Positions 13,210-28,776 of a DNA stretch of 64,000 nt are shown piece after piece. The stretch covers positions 186,001-250,000 of the forward strand of contig CM035355.1 of the NCBI GenBank assembly GCA_020137815.1. The letters run 5' to 3'. This DNA is from Hormiphora californensis (Eukaryota; Animalia; Ctenophora). The notes under the pieces were generated by a model. That model had not been told where the DNA came from. It did no database searches and worked only from the letters and a program-made list of their open reading frames with translations. Both the position numbers and the translations under genes were made by a program. Numbering within the stretch: the first letter of the stretch is position 1; every line of letters starts with the position of its first letter.

Positions 13210-14544
13210 TAGTCAGGGCATATGATGTCAATTTCATGGTGATTTTCGGCATAATTGTTATAAAGCTAATTCCACTTCTAGGAGGTCCTATTAGGCCCCT
13301 AGAACCACCAAAAAAAATGTTCGCGATCTGGTGGATGAAGAACTGAAGAAGTTGGGTTTCCGGGCCACGCCCTTCTACTAACTTTTTAGCCTAAGGCTTA
13401 AAAATGCCAAAACTGTGCTTAGGGTAGGAGTAGGGACAAAATCAAAGGCACTAGAGTGCTCAGCGTCCTCGCATTAGTGGGGGTAGGTGCTGAAATTAAG
13501 TCTCTATCTCATCTGGTTAATTAGATAATTGGATAATTAGCTCTGTGCATAGCCGTTTTTGGCCATATGGATATAGCCATATTAGGAAAGGAGTAGAGAC
13601 AAAACCGAGGGCACTAAAGTGTTCAGCGTCCTCGAATTAGTGGGGGTAGGTGCTGGAATTAAGTCTCTATCTCATCTGGTTAATTAGATAATTGGATAAT
13701 TAGGTCTGGGCATAGCCATTTTTGGCCATATGGCTATAGCCACTTAGGAATGGTTTATCGACTTTTCATTGGTGCCATTTTGTTCAGAAAAAAATTTCAA
13801 TCTAAAAGTTGTGGAAAAATTTAGAGCCTATCTCTTACCGTTTTGGCGTTATTTGCGGTCAAAGTAGGCCAATTAACTAATATTTTTGGCTTTTTCGGCT
13901 GATTTGGCATACTTTGACCGCAAATAACGCCAAAACGGTAAGAGATAGGCTCTAAATTTTTCCACAATTCTCATATTGAAATTTTTTTCTGAACAAAATG
14001 GCACCAATGAAAAGTCGATAAACCATTCCTAAGTGGCTATAGCCATATGACCAAAAATGGCTATGCCCAGACCTAATTATCCAATTATCTAATTAACCAG
14101 ATGAGATAGAGACTTAATTCCAGCACCTACCCCCACTAATTCAAGGACGCTGAACACTTTAGTGCCCTCGGTTTTGTCTCTACTCTTTTCCTAATATGGC
14201 TATAGCCATATGGCCAAAAACGGCTATGCACAGAGCTAATTATCCAATTATCTAATTAACCAGATGAGATAGAGACTTAATTCCAGCACCTACCCCCACT
14301 AATGCGAGGACGCTGAACACTCTAGTGCCTTTGATTTTGTCCCTACTCCTACCCTAAGCACAGTTTTGGCGTTTTTAAGCCTTAGGCTAAAAAGTAGAAG
14401 GGCGTGGCCCGGAAACCCAACTTCTTCATCCACCAAATCGCGAACATTTTTTTTGGTGGTTCTAGGGACCCAATAGGACCTCCTAGAAGTGGAATTAGCT
14501 TTATAACAATTATGCCGAAAATCTACCATCATATGCCCTGACTA
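13210..14544. mobile_element. Academ-like palindromic non-autonomous element (TAGTCAGGGC termini; two tandem core modules per arm)
   Basis: Near-perfect ~650-bp inverted arms; TAG..CTA termini; flanks ttt/ttg. Confidence 0.75.
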
Positions 14545-14685
14545 TTGTTGGAATGTGTAATCTGTATTCCATTTTGATCATTGTTCCTCAAAACCAGACG
14601 TCGTACGTGTCCTCAGATCCACAATTATTGCATTTGGCAGGTCGGAATAATCTCGACACCGAAATAAACATTTCAAATATATATA

Positions 14686-14857
14686 CAGTCGGACCCCGAT
14701 TGAACGGCACCCTCGGGGGAAAGGGTTTTGTCCGTTAAATCGGGGTGTCCGCTAAATCGGGGTCAAATATGGTTGATTTTCTATATCGGTGGAAGATTAT
14801 TCTGCCGTTAAATCGGGGTGCCGCTAAATCGGGGGCCGTAAAATCGGGGTCCGACTG
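14686..14857. mobile_element. pogo/Tigger-like MITE
   Basis: TA|CAGTCGGACCCCGATT..AATCGGGGTCCGACTG|TA; internal AAATCGGGG repeats; further fragments at ~3660-3730 and ~58810-58880. Confidence 0.85.
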
Positions 14858-15219
14858 TATTATCTTACTATATAATGCAAAAACACCCGAAACTTGATCC
14901 CACCCATGCATGTTTGGTGGTCCCTAAATCGTCGTCATCAAGATCAGATCACATCACCCAACATGCATGATCAGATCACCCTACTGAGGATCAGATCCCC
15001 CCACCCAAGATCAGATCATACCATTGAGGATCAGATCACCCCACCCATGATTAGATCACCCCAGTGAGTATCAGATCATCCCAGTGGTTATCAGATCCCA
15101 CATTTCACCCAGCAGTCCACTGTGCGTGATGAGATCCCCATATAGAGTAGAAAATAGACAAAGACGACAGAGAAATTGAGATAGAAATGGCCATCCGTAG
15201 GATGGCCTGGGTCCACTAG

Positions 15220-16110
15220 TATGTATTTCAAATACACATGTCTATTTCAACTGAAATATATATGTATTTCAAATATATATATGTATTTCAAATGCTAATA
15301 AGGGGGTTGGACATGTGATACGATTCTGGGACGCCTAGGAGACGATCCGAGATATAATGGAACATGATTCGGGGAAGCCAATCAAGAGTGTTAGACGATA
15401 TGAGACACGATTCGGGGAAGGTTTCTATCGCTTTCCATCCCTATGACCCTATCTACATCTCTGTGTCTCTCTATCTGTCTTGCTTTCTTTCTCTATCTCC
15501 CTCTTTCTCTATCACTTTCTCCAAGGGAGAAAGGGAAACATGGAGAAAAAGAGATACCCATAACTTTTTACCGAATGAGAAAAGACAGTTGAGCTCCGTG
15601 GTTTGTATAGGTTTCGTCGCTTTCCTAGCAGGTAGATGTAGGCGCCTAGCCTCTCGTTCGTTTCTCGCAGATTGTCGGTTTAGCTAGAGAAACCGGATTG
15701 GAAGGAGGTGGCGGCATTGAAGGACTAATGGTCAGGGAGGTCAAGAAGATATCCTCCATTCAATTCGCATGGCTAAACCGTGTCTTCTCATTCGGTTAAA
15801 AGTTATGGGTATCTCTCTTTCTCCATGTTTCTCTTTCTCCCTTGGAGAAAGTGATAGAGAAAGAGGGAGATAGAGAAAGAAAGCGAGACAGACAGAGAGA
15901 CACAGAGATGTGGATAGGGTCATAGGGATGGAAAGCGATAGAAACCTTTCCCGAATCGTGTCTCATATCGTCTAACACTCTTGATTGGCTTCCCCGAATC
16001 ACATGGTTCATAACCCGTATTGTCTCTCACTGCTAATAAGGCGTCCCAGAATCGTATCACATGTCCATCCCCCTCATTAGCATTTGAATTTCATATTGTA
16101 TATATTTGAA
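15220..16110. repeat. Palindromic element with the gattcggggaag module (also at 42285-42960 and 53770-54000)
   Basis: Near-identical ORF translations on opposite strands (15364+ and 16011-). Confidence 0.75.
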
Positions 16111-17464
<1,354 letters not shown>

Positions 17465-17508
17465 TACATATATATTTCAGTTAGACATGTGTATTTGAAA
17501 TACATATA

Positions 17509-17680
17509 CAGTCGGACCCCGATTTACCGGGATGCTCGGGGGAAAGGGTTTTGCCCGGTAAATCGGGGTGCCCGGTATATCGGGGTGATATTCCATTAAT
17601 TTCCTAAATCGGGGGAAGTTTTTCCTCCCGGTAAATCGGGGTTCCGGTAAATCGGGGCCCGGTAAATTGGGGTCCGACTG
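17509..17680. mobile_element. pogo/Tigger-like MITE
   Basis: Same TIR; TA TSD. Confidence 0.85.
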
Positions 17681-17904
17681 TATATTTGAAATACATATAT
17701 TTCGGTGTCGAGATTCTTCCGACCTGCCGTTGAGTTTGGTTTATATTCGGGTAGGGGGGCCTTGCCAGGCCCCGAATGTTTTTTATCTGGTATTAAGGGC
17801 CTGTCGGCTCGGCCCCGTTGATCTTAGGGGGGATGGGTTGAGTTTGGTTTATATTCGGGTCGAGGGGCCTTACCAGGCCCCAAATAACTAGTAATAGTTA
17901 ATAC

Positions 17905-18060
17905 CTGTACAAAAAATGGGAGAACGTAGGGTGAAGTAAGAATTTCATCGAGTTGTAGCAACTTATCGGTATGGTCACCAAACAATGCAGGATCTCGTTT
18001 TCTTCTTAGTTTAGTTACCTCTTGTATACGTTTTTCACATGCAGACTTGGCTACTTTGCA
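17905..18060 (-). CDS. SNX25: SNX25-like exon 8 (CKVAKSACEKRI..LQLDEILTSPYVLPFFVQ), start of RGS domain
   Basis: Acceptor ttttgttccag|, donor CAG|gtatta; 156 nt, phase 0 to 0; VAKxxCEKRI motif then RGS helix 1. Confidence 0.92.
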
Positions 18061-18958
18061 CTGGAACAAAATTGATTAACAGTTTTCAGTTTTCACACTG
18101 CTCAAAACTTAGTGCCAAGCATGAACCATTGCCACCTATTCTTGCTTCGCGAGTAATTATACCTTAACCCGGTAGGTGCCCGCCCCGTTGAGAGGAATTC
18201 CCGTGTGTGTAACAAAAGTACGCGTTTTACTAGCTCTACTAAACCCCTAATTATCGCCTCAATTGGGATCATGATATATTGTATGGGTGCCTGGTGGGTA
18301 TTTTCCCATACTCACAAAGCCATGAAGATTCACCCAATACCCGCAGATTGTCCCAGGACCGAATAGGAACTAAGAGCTTGAAGCCGAGTTTAAAAAAAAG
18401 CTCATGGCAATTTTGACCCACTAATCCCCAAATAAATAGCGCCGTACAGGTTAACTAGCCCATGCAGTTGGTCACACTGATACCTGAGTGAGATCGACGT
18501 CGTGCGCGACTGAGATCGATCTCACATACAGGTCTCTGCCCCGTTATTGATTTTAGAGCAAACTTTTTCAAAGACCTGGCTGCAAGGAACTACTGAACCG
18601 ATTTGCATCTCGTTTGTTGCCCCTGGCAGATAATTATCTCTAATTTTACGGAAAATACCCGCGAGTATCAGTATTTGAGGAATAGTGGGTTAAAATTGAC
18701 TCTAAACATGGGCAATTCTTTAAAGACCTGGAGCCAACCCGTGCAGCTCGTACAGTTGAAACAATACTAACAACCCATTCAAAAGAGGTGTGGCGCCGCA
18801 CTTCGGTACTTTTCGTTAAATAATTGCGGATTTATGGTGCAAAAATGCGCGTTTTCGCCATATTTTGACGAATTTCAAATCATTTCACTGCCAGGCCAAT
18901 GTTCTGACCACGGTTCTCACACACTATAAAGTCGAATTTTTTGAAGTTTTCACCCCCT

Positions 18959-19961
18959 TAGTCAGGGCATATGATGCCAAAATAAATTAAAAATGGGCAT
19001 AATTGTTATCAAGCTAATTTCACTTCTAGTAGGCTCTATTAGGTCCCTAGAAACACCAAAAAAATTGGCCGCGGTTTTATCAATGAAGAAGTTGGGTTTT
19101 TGGGCCACGCCCTTTTACCGATGTTTTTAGCCTTCTGGCGAAACCCAAAACGGGGCTTAGGAAAGGAGTAGAGACAAATCTAAGGACACTAAAATGTGTA
19201 GCGTCCTCGCATTAGTGGGGGTAGGTGCGGAAATTAAGTCTCTATCTCATCTGGTTAATTGGATAATTGGATAATTAGATATGCGCATAACCGTATTTTG
19301 GATAAATGGCTATAGCCACTTAGGAATGGGTTAGAGACTTTTCACTGGTGCCATTTTGTAGGCAATAGCCAAGTTATGGGGGGTCGACGTCGAACTTTTA
19401 AGCTCTATCTCCAACCGTTTGACCGCTATTTGGCATTAAAGATGCTCAAAATGAGCAAAAAACGGTAAAAAGCCCGATTTTGAGCATCTTTAAAGCCAAA
19501 TAGCGGCCAAACGGTTGGAGAAAGAGCTTAAAAGTTCGACGTGTACCCCCCATAACTTGGCTATTGCCTACAAAATGGCACCAGTGAAAAGTCTCTAAAC
19601 CATTCCTAAGTGGCTATAGCCATATAGCCAAAATACGGTTATGCGCATATCTAATTATCCAATTATCTAATTAATCAGATGAGATAAAGACTTAATTTCC
19701 GCACCTACCCCCACTAATGCGAGGACGCTACACATTCTAGTGTCCTTAGATTTGTCTCTACTCCTTTCCTAAGCCCCGTTTTGGTTTTCGCCAGAAGGCT
19801 AAAAACATAGGTAAAAGGGCGTGGCCCAAAAACCCAACTTCTTCATTGATAAAACCGCGGCCAATTTTTTTGGTGTTTCTAGGGACCTAATAGAGCCTAC
19901 TAGAAGTGACATTAGCTTGATAACAATTATGCCCATATTTTGTCATCATATGCCCTGACTA
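18959..19961. mobile_element. Academ-like palindromic element (TAGTCAGGGC termini)
   Basis: 3-bp TSD cct/cct; TAG..CTA termini; whole element is a hairpin. Confidence 0.8.
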
Positions 19962-20326
19962 CCTGGGTAGCGAGTGAGTATTTATTTGCGCGCCGGAAAC
20001 TTGCTTTTGCTCTAACGATTTTGTTTTTTTAACCAATTTCGTCAAAGAAAACTTCTACGGACTCACAAAATTATGCTCTTTCCCGTGATATGCGGTTATT
20101 TGTCGTAAAGTGAAAGCAAGTGGGGGCCGTCACGCACAAATACGACGCTGCGCATGAAAAGGGGGGTGGCAACTTCAAAAAATCCGACTTTAAGAAAAGC
20201 AATATTTTCATCTATGGAAATGGCTTGGTGCCGTCTTTCTAATGATCATGCAATTTGGTCAAGAAATGGCCCTGGGGCAAATAGTTGATCATCTGTATGC
20301 CGACTGGCAACGAAAGTGGTACAAAC

Positions 20327-20471
20327 CTGTTTGATGTAGCGATTAAGGTTCCTGTTTGATAATCGGTTACTTTTGCTGTTTATCTGGGTAGTAATACCTA
20401 ATTCAAAGTCGTCGCCTTGTTTTATACTATCAATTGTTATCGCTTGCATGATTTCAGCAATAACTTTATAC
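20327..20471 (-). CDS. SNX25: SNX25-like exon 7 (YKVIAEIMQAITIDSIK..RNLNRYIKQ)
   Basis: Acceptor aaactcag|, donor CAG|gtttgt; 145 nt, phase 2 to 0; EIxQAxTI and RNxxRYIxQ resemble SNX25. Confidence 0.9.
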
Positions 20472-23400
20472 CTGAGTTTATGAGAAATTAATGAGTTCAA
20501 TTAGCAAGGCATTATATAGTACATAACCTTCTGCACGCATTGCAAGCGCACCATATACGCACAGCAGAGCGTATATGGAGGTGAAATGCATTATACGGGC
20601 TAATAGTGGCTAGATGTTGTATATCTAGTTTTCAATATAAACTGTAATCGGGGGGGGGGACATGTTAATTTTGTTAACTTTGTTAATATTAACATCGAGA
20701 AAACAGGTGATTTATTAACAAAATTAACAAAAAGTTAACAAACGTTAACAAATGCCATTTATGCCATCTAAATCCCCTTTAGCACGTATTTTTAGTATTT
20801 AACACTTGTTCTGCGAGCAAAGTTGTTCATTCTGTACGATTTACATACCCCTATTACCTCTACTACGGCTTTTCTACAGCGATTTATTCCATTTTGTAAT
20901 TGTTAATAAATACTAGCCAAACTAAACCGCAATTGAAGTCAAATGACACTAATCCACATTTTCGCGCCCTAAAAACTAAACAAGACTCATGAATTTACCT
21001 TAAAACAAAAATATCCCAAAAATCAATTTTTCTAAAAAAACACAAGGATTTGTAGCGAAGCAAATTTTCAATCCTTGACCAAAAAATTGATTTTGGGAAA
21101 ATTTTATTTCTTTTTTCAACAGAAACGTGTACATCATCTTATTACGTCCAAAGAATCGATTACCAATTTAAAAATTACGTTAAAGTGAGATTTTATACGC
21201 TAAATTGAAATATTTGTAACATTTGGAATTTTGTCGATTTTGAGCCAAAAAACCTGTATGTCGGACTTTGGTTATCGGAAAAGGCCTTGTATGTGTAAGA
21301 TAATTCATTAAACTATAAAATTAAACCAGTTAAAGTCGTATTATCAGCCAATATTGTTAATTTGTTAATTTTGTTAATTTTGTTAATTAACGTTAATTAA
21401 CAAAATCGAAAAAAAGAGGTGATTTATTAACAATTAACATGTCGTCCCCCCCAGTGCATTTCACACCTATATTGCACGAATGTAACGAGTGCGATATAGG
21501 AGCGCTTGCACAAGCCGTGCAGAAGGTTATCACTGCACTGGCAAGTGCCCCGTGGCCTTAGGGGGGTCTGGGGGCACAGCCCCAGTCATAACAAAACATG
21601 ACTCTGGAACAATTAAGTCCGGCGCGAGAAATTCATTTACCCCCCCCCCCCCAGTGGGGGCCAGTGCAGTATACCATACGGATGCGACAAACGCCCTTTT
21701 TGAGCGCCTGTTTGACCATGTTCCCGATAAACTAGCGAGCTAAAATTTTGTAGTTATAAGTATCTCTACCATTACTGTTAGTGATATAAATTTCAAGTGA
21801 ATCGGTCGTTTCGTTCAAAAGTTACGAGGGTGATCCCAAACACACCCTGTGTAGACACTATTTAGGTGCCGGCAGGCACCTCCGACCCGAAGAAAACAGC
21901 AAAAAACGAAAAAAAGAAAAAAAATTTTTTGCCCTTGCACAAAAACCCAAAAATGCCGGCCCTATTAAGAACAAAGAAAGGTCTTTTTTTTGGGGGGGGG
22001 GGGGGGGGGCAAAAAACATGTCAACGATTGTGGCCACACCGTTTGAGATATCGACTTGAAATTTTGTAGGCATGTTCTTGTAGTATTCCTTTGTGTCATG
22101 ACGTTGGCGGATTTTTGAATTTTTAATTAATTTATTAATTATAGGTAATTAAAAATGGTGCAAGGGCACCGTGCCCTTGCACATTGCGTGTTCTGTCCCT
22201 TGCACCGCGCCCTTGCACCAAATTCTATTTTCCGTTCTGCTTAAAATATCGACTTGAAACTTTGTAGGAATGTTCTTCAATCATAAAAGATGATGTTCGA
22301 AAAGTGGGAATAGTCAAAATTAATTAATTAGTTAGTTAGAGCCGTGCAAAAAATGGAATTTGGTGCAAGGGCAGGCAATGTGCAAGGGCAAATGGTGCAA
22401 GGGCAGCCCTTGCACCAATTTTATGATCGAACTGTGTCCACACCGTTTAATATTTTGACACGAAACTTTCTATGCATGTTCTAGTAGCATAACTACGAGT
22501 ACTAGAAGAGCCGTATGATTAATATATCAATTAGGTAATTAATTATAGGCAAATTAATCAAAATTTGCCCTTGCACAATTTGTGCAAATTTCCCCTGAAC
22601 ATGTGCCCTTGCACCATTTTGTTTGCCCATGCACTAAATTATATTTTCCGTTCTGCTTAAAATATCGACTTGAAACTTTCTAGGAATGTTCTTCATGCAT
22701 AAAACATATAATATAATCTACAGAAAGTGGGAATAGTCAAAATTAATTAATTAATTACTTAGAGATTAATTTTGGGGTGGCCCCTGCACAATTTTGGCAA
22801 ATTTGATATTCAAACTTTGAGCCTTTGTGAAAGTAATGAAAATTATTTATTTCAGGTTATGATGAACAATAAGCTATAAAAACGCCCCTTTTTGTTACAC
22901 AAGCCTGTGCTTGGTATCGAAGACACCTCACACTCTGTCGCCGGGCGACCTTCGCGTGCACACGCTGGCAAGGGGTAACTTCGTAACAAAAGCCTGTGCA
23001 TTGTGCATAATGAAATGGATAAATTTTCATCCAGTTGCTGGCGATAGAACTCGATAGAGTTCGATTGATTTACCATGACAACGGAGTTGGTTACCATACT
23101 AACCAGAGAATTCGTTGTAAAATAGTCCTTTCTTGCTATAAACTCGGCCTTTAGATAGAAAATTGATTTTATTCTACTCGCACTAATGCAAGGGCATTTC
23201 ACAGTTTGGTGCCGTTATTTTTGTCTCTATTTTTAATAGGATTTTGGGATTAGACTGAAAGTATGGGATCATTTGAGAAGTAGTGAAGATTTGAAAATGT
23301 TAGCAACTCGCCGGTTCGACAAACTAAACCCATATGATTCCAACTTCGGGTCGGACGAGGGGAAGCTTGCCTTTTGCGAACATACTATACAATGTATGTG

Positions 23401-23872
23401 GATACTAACCACCCAAAATTTGATTGTTTTGCTTGTCATGTGTTTTCTCGCTGAATATATACTCAATAACGTCCTGCACGGCATGTGCAAGCGCTCCTAT
23501 ATCGCACTCGTTACACTCGTGCAATATAATAGGTGTGAAATGCACTCCAGCTTCGCTGTCGTGCATTTCACCTCCATATACGCTCTGCATGATGACTCAA
23601 CTAACTACTATTAGATAGTAGTGGTACTGAAGCTGAAGTCTAAAGGATTGTTTCTATTCGGTTTGAGTACTATATAAGTGATTGTGAAACAGTAGTATTG
23701 AGTACTTATGTGCCTCGCCCGGCTAATCTAGTGAATCTCCTTGCTGTACAGCTTGTTAAACAAGGAAGTGAAACTAGAGGGTTCTGTACAGAGTTTCTCT
23801 TTACTATTCACATATTCTAAAAATATGGCACGCTTGCACTGCGTGCAGAATGTTATGTACTATATATATATA

Positions 23873-24872
23873 TAATCCGAGGAAATCGTGCTTTGAACAT
23901 AAAATTTATAGGGGCAATGTAATTCCTTCACTAAATGGTACTAATAGGTCCACCCTACCACCAAACGAAAGTTTACCAACCAACTCCATGGGGGGAGGTC
24001 CGATAATTGGCCTTAATTGGCACCTGTATTTTCAGTATGGGTCCAAAAATATAAATTCTCTTAGAATAGGAGTAGAGAAGAAAATAAGGGCACTAAACTG
24101 TGTAGCGTCCTCGCATTAGTGGGGGTAGACGCCCGTGAAAAGTCTCTATCTCATTTGGTTAATTAGATAATTGGATAATTAGATCTGCGCATAGCCGTTT
24201 TTGGCCATACGGCTATAGCCACTTAAGAATGGTTTAGAGACGTTTCACTGGTGCCATTTTGTAGCCAATGGCCAAGTTATGGGGGGTCGACGTCGGACTG
24301 TTAAGCTCTATCTCCAACCGTTTAGCCGTTATTTGGCTTTAAAGGTGCTCAAAATGAGCAAAAAACGGTAAAAAGCCCGATTTTGAGCACCTTTAAAGCC
24401 AAATAACGGCTAAACGGTTGGAGATAGAGCTTAACAGTCCGACGTCGACCCCCCATAACTTGGCCATTGGCTACAAAATGGCACCAGTGAAACGTCTCTA
24501 AACCATTCCTAAGTGGCTATAGCCGTATGGCCAAAAACGGCTATGCGCAGATCTAATTATCCAATTATCTAATTAACCAAATGAGATAGAGACTTTTCAT
24601 GGGCGTCTACCCCCACTAATGCGAGGACGCTACACAGTTTAGTGCCCTTATTTTCTTCTCTACTCCTATTCTAAGAGAATTTATATTTTTGGACCCATAC
24701 TGAAAATACAGGTGCCAATTAAGGCCAATTATCGGACCTCCCCCCATGGAGTTGGTTGGTAAACTTTCGTTTGGTGGTAGGGTGGACCTATTAGTACCAT
24801 TTAGTGAAGGAATTACATTGCCCCTATAAATTTTATGTTTTGTCAAATTTTATACACGATTTCCTCGGATTA
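23873..24872. mobile_element. Academ-like palindromic element (TAATCCGAGG termini)
   Basis: 3-bp TSD ata/ata; ~480-bp arms; shares the inner core with 18959-19961. Confidence 0.8.
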
Positions 24873-25272
24873 ATATGCATTCACCCAGGCAGGGGAAAAA
24901 TTGAAGCCAACTAGCTTGAAACCCAAAATCAACACCCCCATGAAGAAAACGCCGACTTTTTTGGCTCAAAAAACCTAAAAATTTTCTTAGGCTCCGCTGT
25001 CGCTCCGCCGGATACGCTGGTATAGGTTACTAAACCATGCTCCCAAAAACTTTTCAGCGCTATAATTAGTCACCTGACACCCCCACTACATCCCTGGTAT
25101 AAATATTTGTTTTACTTCTTATTGGACACCAAAGACTATTATGACCGAGTTTCGTCTAAATCGGGACTGTTCTCTCTCGCAATATGAAAAAAATAACCGA
25201 TGTCGTAAATACTATACGTTTATGTACATCACCACACAGACTCAAAAGTTTATAACTCAGCCAATTATTTAC

Positions 25273-25378
25273 CGAAGATTTCGTAGTTTGGCAATATCGG
25301 TCTCCTTATTTATCTTTCTCACAAAGTCCTCATATGTCTTTGCTTGATTGAATACTTTCAATTCTTTCGTAGTTGGTC
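25273..25378 (-). CDS. SNX25: SNX25-like exon 6 (GPTTKELKVFNQAKTYEDFVRKINKETDIAKLRNLR)
   Basis: Acceptor catttacag|, donor CG|gtaaat; 106 nt, phase 1 to 2; AxxYEDFxxxIN resembles the post-PXA segment of SNX25 as I recall it. Confidence 0.9.
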
Positions 25379-25556
25379 CTGTAAATGTAGATTGTATTTA
25401 AGGGTACGACGACCGAAATGTTTTTCGAGTGCAGGGCAATCGCTCGTATTTTAGGGATTCTTGACGGTCTTTACACGTTCTGCTACGATCATAAATGTCT
25501 TACGTCGTATTTCACATCAGAAAATACCAAAAATAGACCTAATGTATGCCAAAAAC

Positions 25557-27197
25557 GGTAATATGGTAGTTCTGGGCTGAACTTTTTCGACCGCTTTAAA
25601 GCGCTTTAAAGCGTTTGAGAAAGCGCTTTAAAGCGCTATAAAGCGCTTTAAAGCGGTACCGCTTTAAAGCACACCGCTTTAAAGCGCTTTTAAAGCGCTA
25701 AAAGCGCTTTAAAGCGATTCTTGTCGCGATTTAAAGCGCTTCCGAAAGCGCTATAAAGCGCTTTCGCAAGCGCTTTAAAGCGCTACCGCTATAAAGCGCT
25801 TTTTTTGTTCAAAATCCAAAAATAAAGCGCTTTAAAGCGCTTTAAAAGCGCTTTAAAAAGCGCTATAAAGCGCTTTTAAGAACGCTTTATAGCGCTTTAA
25901 AGCGCTTTTAGCGCTTTAAAGCGCTTTAAATCGTACAATAGCGCTTTAAAGCGCTTTTTAAAGCGCTTTTAAAAGCGGTCTAAAAAGCACTTTTAAAAAG
26001 TGGTTTAAAAAGCGCTACAAAGCGCTATAAAGCGCTTTTTAAAGCGCTATAAAGCGCTTTATAGCGCTATAAAAAGCGCTTTTGAAAGCGCTTTTAAGCG
26101 CTTTACAGCGCTTTAAAAAGCGCTTTATAGCGCTATAAAAAGGGTAGAAGGGCCACGGCCCTTGAACACCGCCACGTGGCGGTTTTAACCGCCACGTGGC
26201 CCCTGGACGTGGCGTCAATTCTCAGGACGTGGCGCCAATGAGCCTTTTTGGCGGTGTTCATGTGGCGTTAATAGTCGAAATTGGCGCTTCGAATTGGCGC
26301 TATTTTTCTATGGCCCCAGGGACGTGGCGTTGGCCCCACGACGTGGCGTCAATTTTTGATTGGCGGAGATGTCAAATTTTTTTGGCGCTTTCGGATGACG
26401 CCACACCCGAAAAATTCGAATCGCCAATTTGTTTTTTTGGCCTATCATTTGGCGCTAATTTTTGGCGCTAATTTTTTGGCGCCATGTAAATTGGCGCCAT
26501 ATAAACTGATACCAGAAACCCCCTAGTGGCCCCTAGGGACCCCCAGGAGGCGCTAGAGTAACCTAAAAGCCCCTAGAAGGCTCCAAGAGACCCCTAGAGG
26601 CCACTAGAGTTGATTAGAGTCCCTCAAAAGCCCAGAAAGATCGAATGCAGCCCCAGATGAGCACACAAGGCCCCCAAAAAGCCACTAGAGTTCTCTAGAG
26701 TCCCCTGAAACGCCCCAAGAGGACACCAGAGGTCCCTGAATGCCCGTAGAAGTCCCTAAAGACCCACAGAGGCATCAAGGATTGAACAGTTAAAAAAGAG
26801 CTGTGTTTATGTAAATATATCGCCTTGGCGCTTTCGAAAGCGCTTTTAAGCGCTTTAAAAAGCGCTTTAAAAAGCGCTTGATAAAGTGCTTTTTAGCGAA
26901 AGCGCTTTATAGCGCTACAAAAAGCGATTTATTTTTTGATTTTGAACAAAAAAAGCGCTTTATAGCGGTAGCGCTTTAAAGCGCTTGCGAAAGCGCTTTA
27001 TAGCGCTTTCGAAAGCGCTTTAAATCGCTACAAGAATCGCTTTAAAGCGCTTTTAGCGCTTTAAAAGCGCTTTAAAGCGGTGCGCTTTAAAGCGGTACCG
27101 CTTTAAAGCGCTTTATAGCGCTATAAAGCGCTTTCTCAAACGCTTTAAAGCGCTTTAAAGCGGTCGAAAATGTTCAGCCCAGAACTACCATATTACC
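25557..27197. mobile_element. Merlin-like element with AGCGCT/TTTAAA repeat arms
   Basis: TIR ggtaatatggtagttctgggctgaac; 8-bp TSD ccaaaaac (25549-56, 27198-205). Confidence 0.8.
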
Positions 27198-28229
27198 CCA
27201 AAAACTAACAGAAATTAGTTGGCTGGAGCCCGCTGGCTACTGAGCGAGCCTGCGGACAATGTAGTTGTACTTTTGGGCCGAGACTGCGAGGCTTAAAATT
27301 GAAAGAATCTATCGCATTATTGTTGTGTAATAAAGCACGTAAAAAGCTGTCATTTAACAGTATATAGCCTACTGTGGGTTAAATTTGCCCACACGCATAT
27401 AAAACGGTATCTGTAGGCCATAGTTTTCATTCAATCTGCCTAGCATTTCTTAAGTCTTACTTTTTGACAATTATCTCTCTGATGATATGAATAATGAAAA
27501 CCAACTGTATAAGGCGATTGATTTATTAGCGATTTGTCAAGCGTTACTCATGGTGGTGACATCTCATTGGCTGAAAAACACTCACATGGGAAGGGTTCAC
27601 ATGTCATAAATCGAACACGTGATATGGTTTCACCACCTGTCATCGTCCAATGGTCTGTAGTGCACTACCCATGTGATAGGGGCCAGGATGGGGAATGGGG
27701 GATGCACTGATCACGTGTACTAAGAGGTGTTGACATCTTGCCCTGTCACGTGATAACTGGTGCTCTATAGTGCATATTTGAGTGAGCTGTATAAAATGCA
27801 AGCAAACCCCATTAAGATCACTGATTATACAAATTATCATTTGTTCATGTGAGAGACAAGTGTTATGGCTATCGTTAGATATAAGTTTTAGATTGAAAAG
27901 TCAATCCAAAAGCGAAATATGGGCCTTAGAGTGTCATGTGGGCAATATTAACCCACAATAGGCGGCTCTTATACCCCTGCGGCTGGATACTGTTAATTAT
28001 GAACCCCGATAGCTGTATTATCAGCCGTTTGAAGAATTTACACGCACATGATAACTGCCAGCTGGGGGATTTAACACCCTGCTCGCAGTTTGACAGACCA
28101 GTTCCCTTTTTCACGTGTTTCTCTTCATTTGATCAAATAACATGCGTGTAAAATTCTAAGTACATTGAAAATGTGCGTAAACACACAGTTCTGTCAACAA
28201 AAGAAAGGGGAAACATATCTGAAACACGT

Positions 28230-28646
28230 GTGTGTGTGTGTGTGTGGCTCTAGGTTATAGCGTACCAAACTCTGCCGCACGACAGAACGGTGTTGCAACC
28301 TGTCATAAAGTCTGTGGTCTGTATGAAAGATAATAGCTAAAATATCACGCTCAAATTTACTCCAATCAAACAAATTTCTCTGATATTTTAACTGTTTGTG
28401 GTCTGTATTGGGGCACTCTCACGCAAGCTTTTTGTCTTGTCAGCTTTTTGGGTCAGGAACAAGGTAACGTTTTGCCTTTGAGAGAGTCTTGTGTTTGGTT
28501 TACTTTCAGTCTGGAACTAGGTAACGTTTTGCCTTTGAGAGTGTCTTGAGTTGGGTTAGTTCTGGATCTCGTTGTTGCCATGGTTTTGTTACTTTAGCAT
28601 GTCTCAAATTAATTTGTTTAAAGTAGTGTTGAAAAGTTTGAAACTC
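28230..28646 (-). mobile_element. 417-bp retroposed insertion with a (CA)n tail
   Basis: 13-bp TSD atctgaaacacgt (28217-29, 28647-59); (GT)n at the left end; empty site in the paralog at ~6440. Confidence 0.75.
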
Positions 28647-28776
28647 ATCTGAAACACGTTTGAACAATGTTATCTCTTTCATAAAGAGTCAAAATAATCA
28701 CATTCCATTCATTTCTCTCTCTCTCTCATTGTCTCTTTTACTGTTCAAACCTCTGACAGTGTGTACTGCCCCTAAT

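Noticed and set aside
28660-28776. N-terminus of the 327-aa ORF (MNNVISFIKS..)
   Set aside because: It lies outside the TSD in the host repeat, and the paralogous sequence at ~6445-6570 is non-coding; chance read-through.
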